Source of the DNA: an uncultured virus (IMG/VR IMGVR_UViG_3300008108_000012)
Taxonomy: Duplodnaviria > Heunggongvirae > Uroviricota > Caudoviricetes
IMG/VR virus record: IMGVR_UViG_3300008108_000012
Strand: one strand, 5' to 3'
DNA: 20,000 nt
Positions 19,366 to 20,000 of this stretch are shown here, one piece after another. A program made the position numbers and the translations under genes. Under the pieces are notes generated by a model, which saw nothing but the letters and a program-made list of their open reading frames with translations, ran no database searches and was not told where the DNA came from. Positions within the stretch are counted from its first letter, which is position 1. Every line of letters begins with the position of its first letter.

Positions 19366-20000
19366 TGTCAACAAGGTTTTCTGAACGGACTCAACGCACA
19401 GGTTTTGTTGATGACTTTCTTCCCAATGTTTCAAGTCCATATAGATTTTTAAGAAACACCCAAGGACTGCCTTGGGTTCGCCCACCTGACTGGCTTTCCA
19501 CAACTCCCGTAGCCGCTACTGAAGTTTGTTTTTTATATGCGGTGTATGAAGGGGATTCAAACTTTTTTTCATTTACCGTAACCACTTCTTCAGGAAACTT
19601 CACTGTTGATTGGGGTGATGCGACAAGCAATTCTTACGCATCTGGCACAGTTGTTGATAAACAATTTTTATGGTCTAGTTACAGTAATGTTACGACAGGT
19701 GGTTTTCGCCAAGCGGTAGTTCGTGTTACGGGAAATATAACTGCTATTGATTTTAACCGCAGACACGCAACTTTGACTTCGAATAATAGTTCATCACAGA
19801 TTGTTGAAATAACGGCGCAAGGTTCTAGTATCACTTCCTTTTCAATTGGTAGTGTGGTGACTACTGAAATCACTCATTCTGCACTTCAAAGTTTTTCGTT
19901 TATCGGCACTTGCTCAATAACAAGCATGAATGGAATGTTTAATAATTGCCGTTCTTTGCAGTCTGTATCTTTACCTAATACCAATGCGGTTTTGGACATG
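19365..20000 (+). CDS. BspA/DUF285-like leucine-rich-repeat protein, putative receptor-binding adhesin (3' truncated)
   Basis: Not in the ORF track. TAATG-coupled and open for 212 codons to the window end: MSTRFSERT...WVRPPDWL...FTVDWGD...ITSMNGMFNNCRSLQSVSLPNTNAVLDM. Confidence 0.78.
   Translation, partial: MSTRFSERTQRTGFVDDFLPNVSSPYRFLRNTQGLPWVRPPDWLSTTPVAATEVCFLYAVYEGDSNFFSFTVTTSSGNFTVDWGDATSNSYASGTVVDKQFLWSSYSNVTTGGFRQAVVRVTGNITAIDFNRRHATLTSNNSSSQIVEITAQGSSITSFSIGSVVTTEITHSALQSFSFIGTCSITSMNGMFNNCRSLQSVSLPNTNAVLDM

Noticed and set aside
19365..20000. LRR adhesin as a diversity-generating retroelement target
   Set aside because: No reverse transcriptase or TR/VR repeat pair is visible in the window.

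Overview
The window is one continuous, + strand, tightly packed late-gene block encoding a contractile (myovirus-type) phage tail. Gene order: 3' part of tail sheath, T4 gp19-like tube, tail assembly chaperone with a predicted -1 programmed frameshift (extension missing from the ORF track), 1715-aa tape measure with a C-terminal M15-like Zn-peptidase motif, tube-initiator-like protein, baseplate hub, minimal OB-fold spike, gp25-like wedge, baseplate J, and a P2 gpI-like wedge. A fibre/decoration cluster follows: a small Ig-like protein, two proteins sharing a C-terminal 'THxxG' domain, a stray holin-like gene, a 994-aa Thr-rich collagen fibre with inserted globular domains, a 111-aa beta-rich protein, and a truncated BspA/DUF285-like LRR protein (also missing from the ORF track). 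The standard genetic code fits. An actinobacterial host is suggested by inference only. No RNA genes, CRISPR arrays or mobile elements were seen. All product calls come from motif recognition and gene order, not from database searches.
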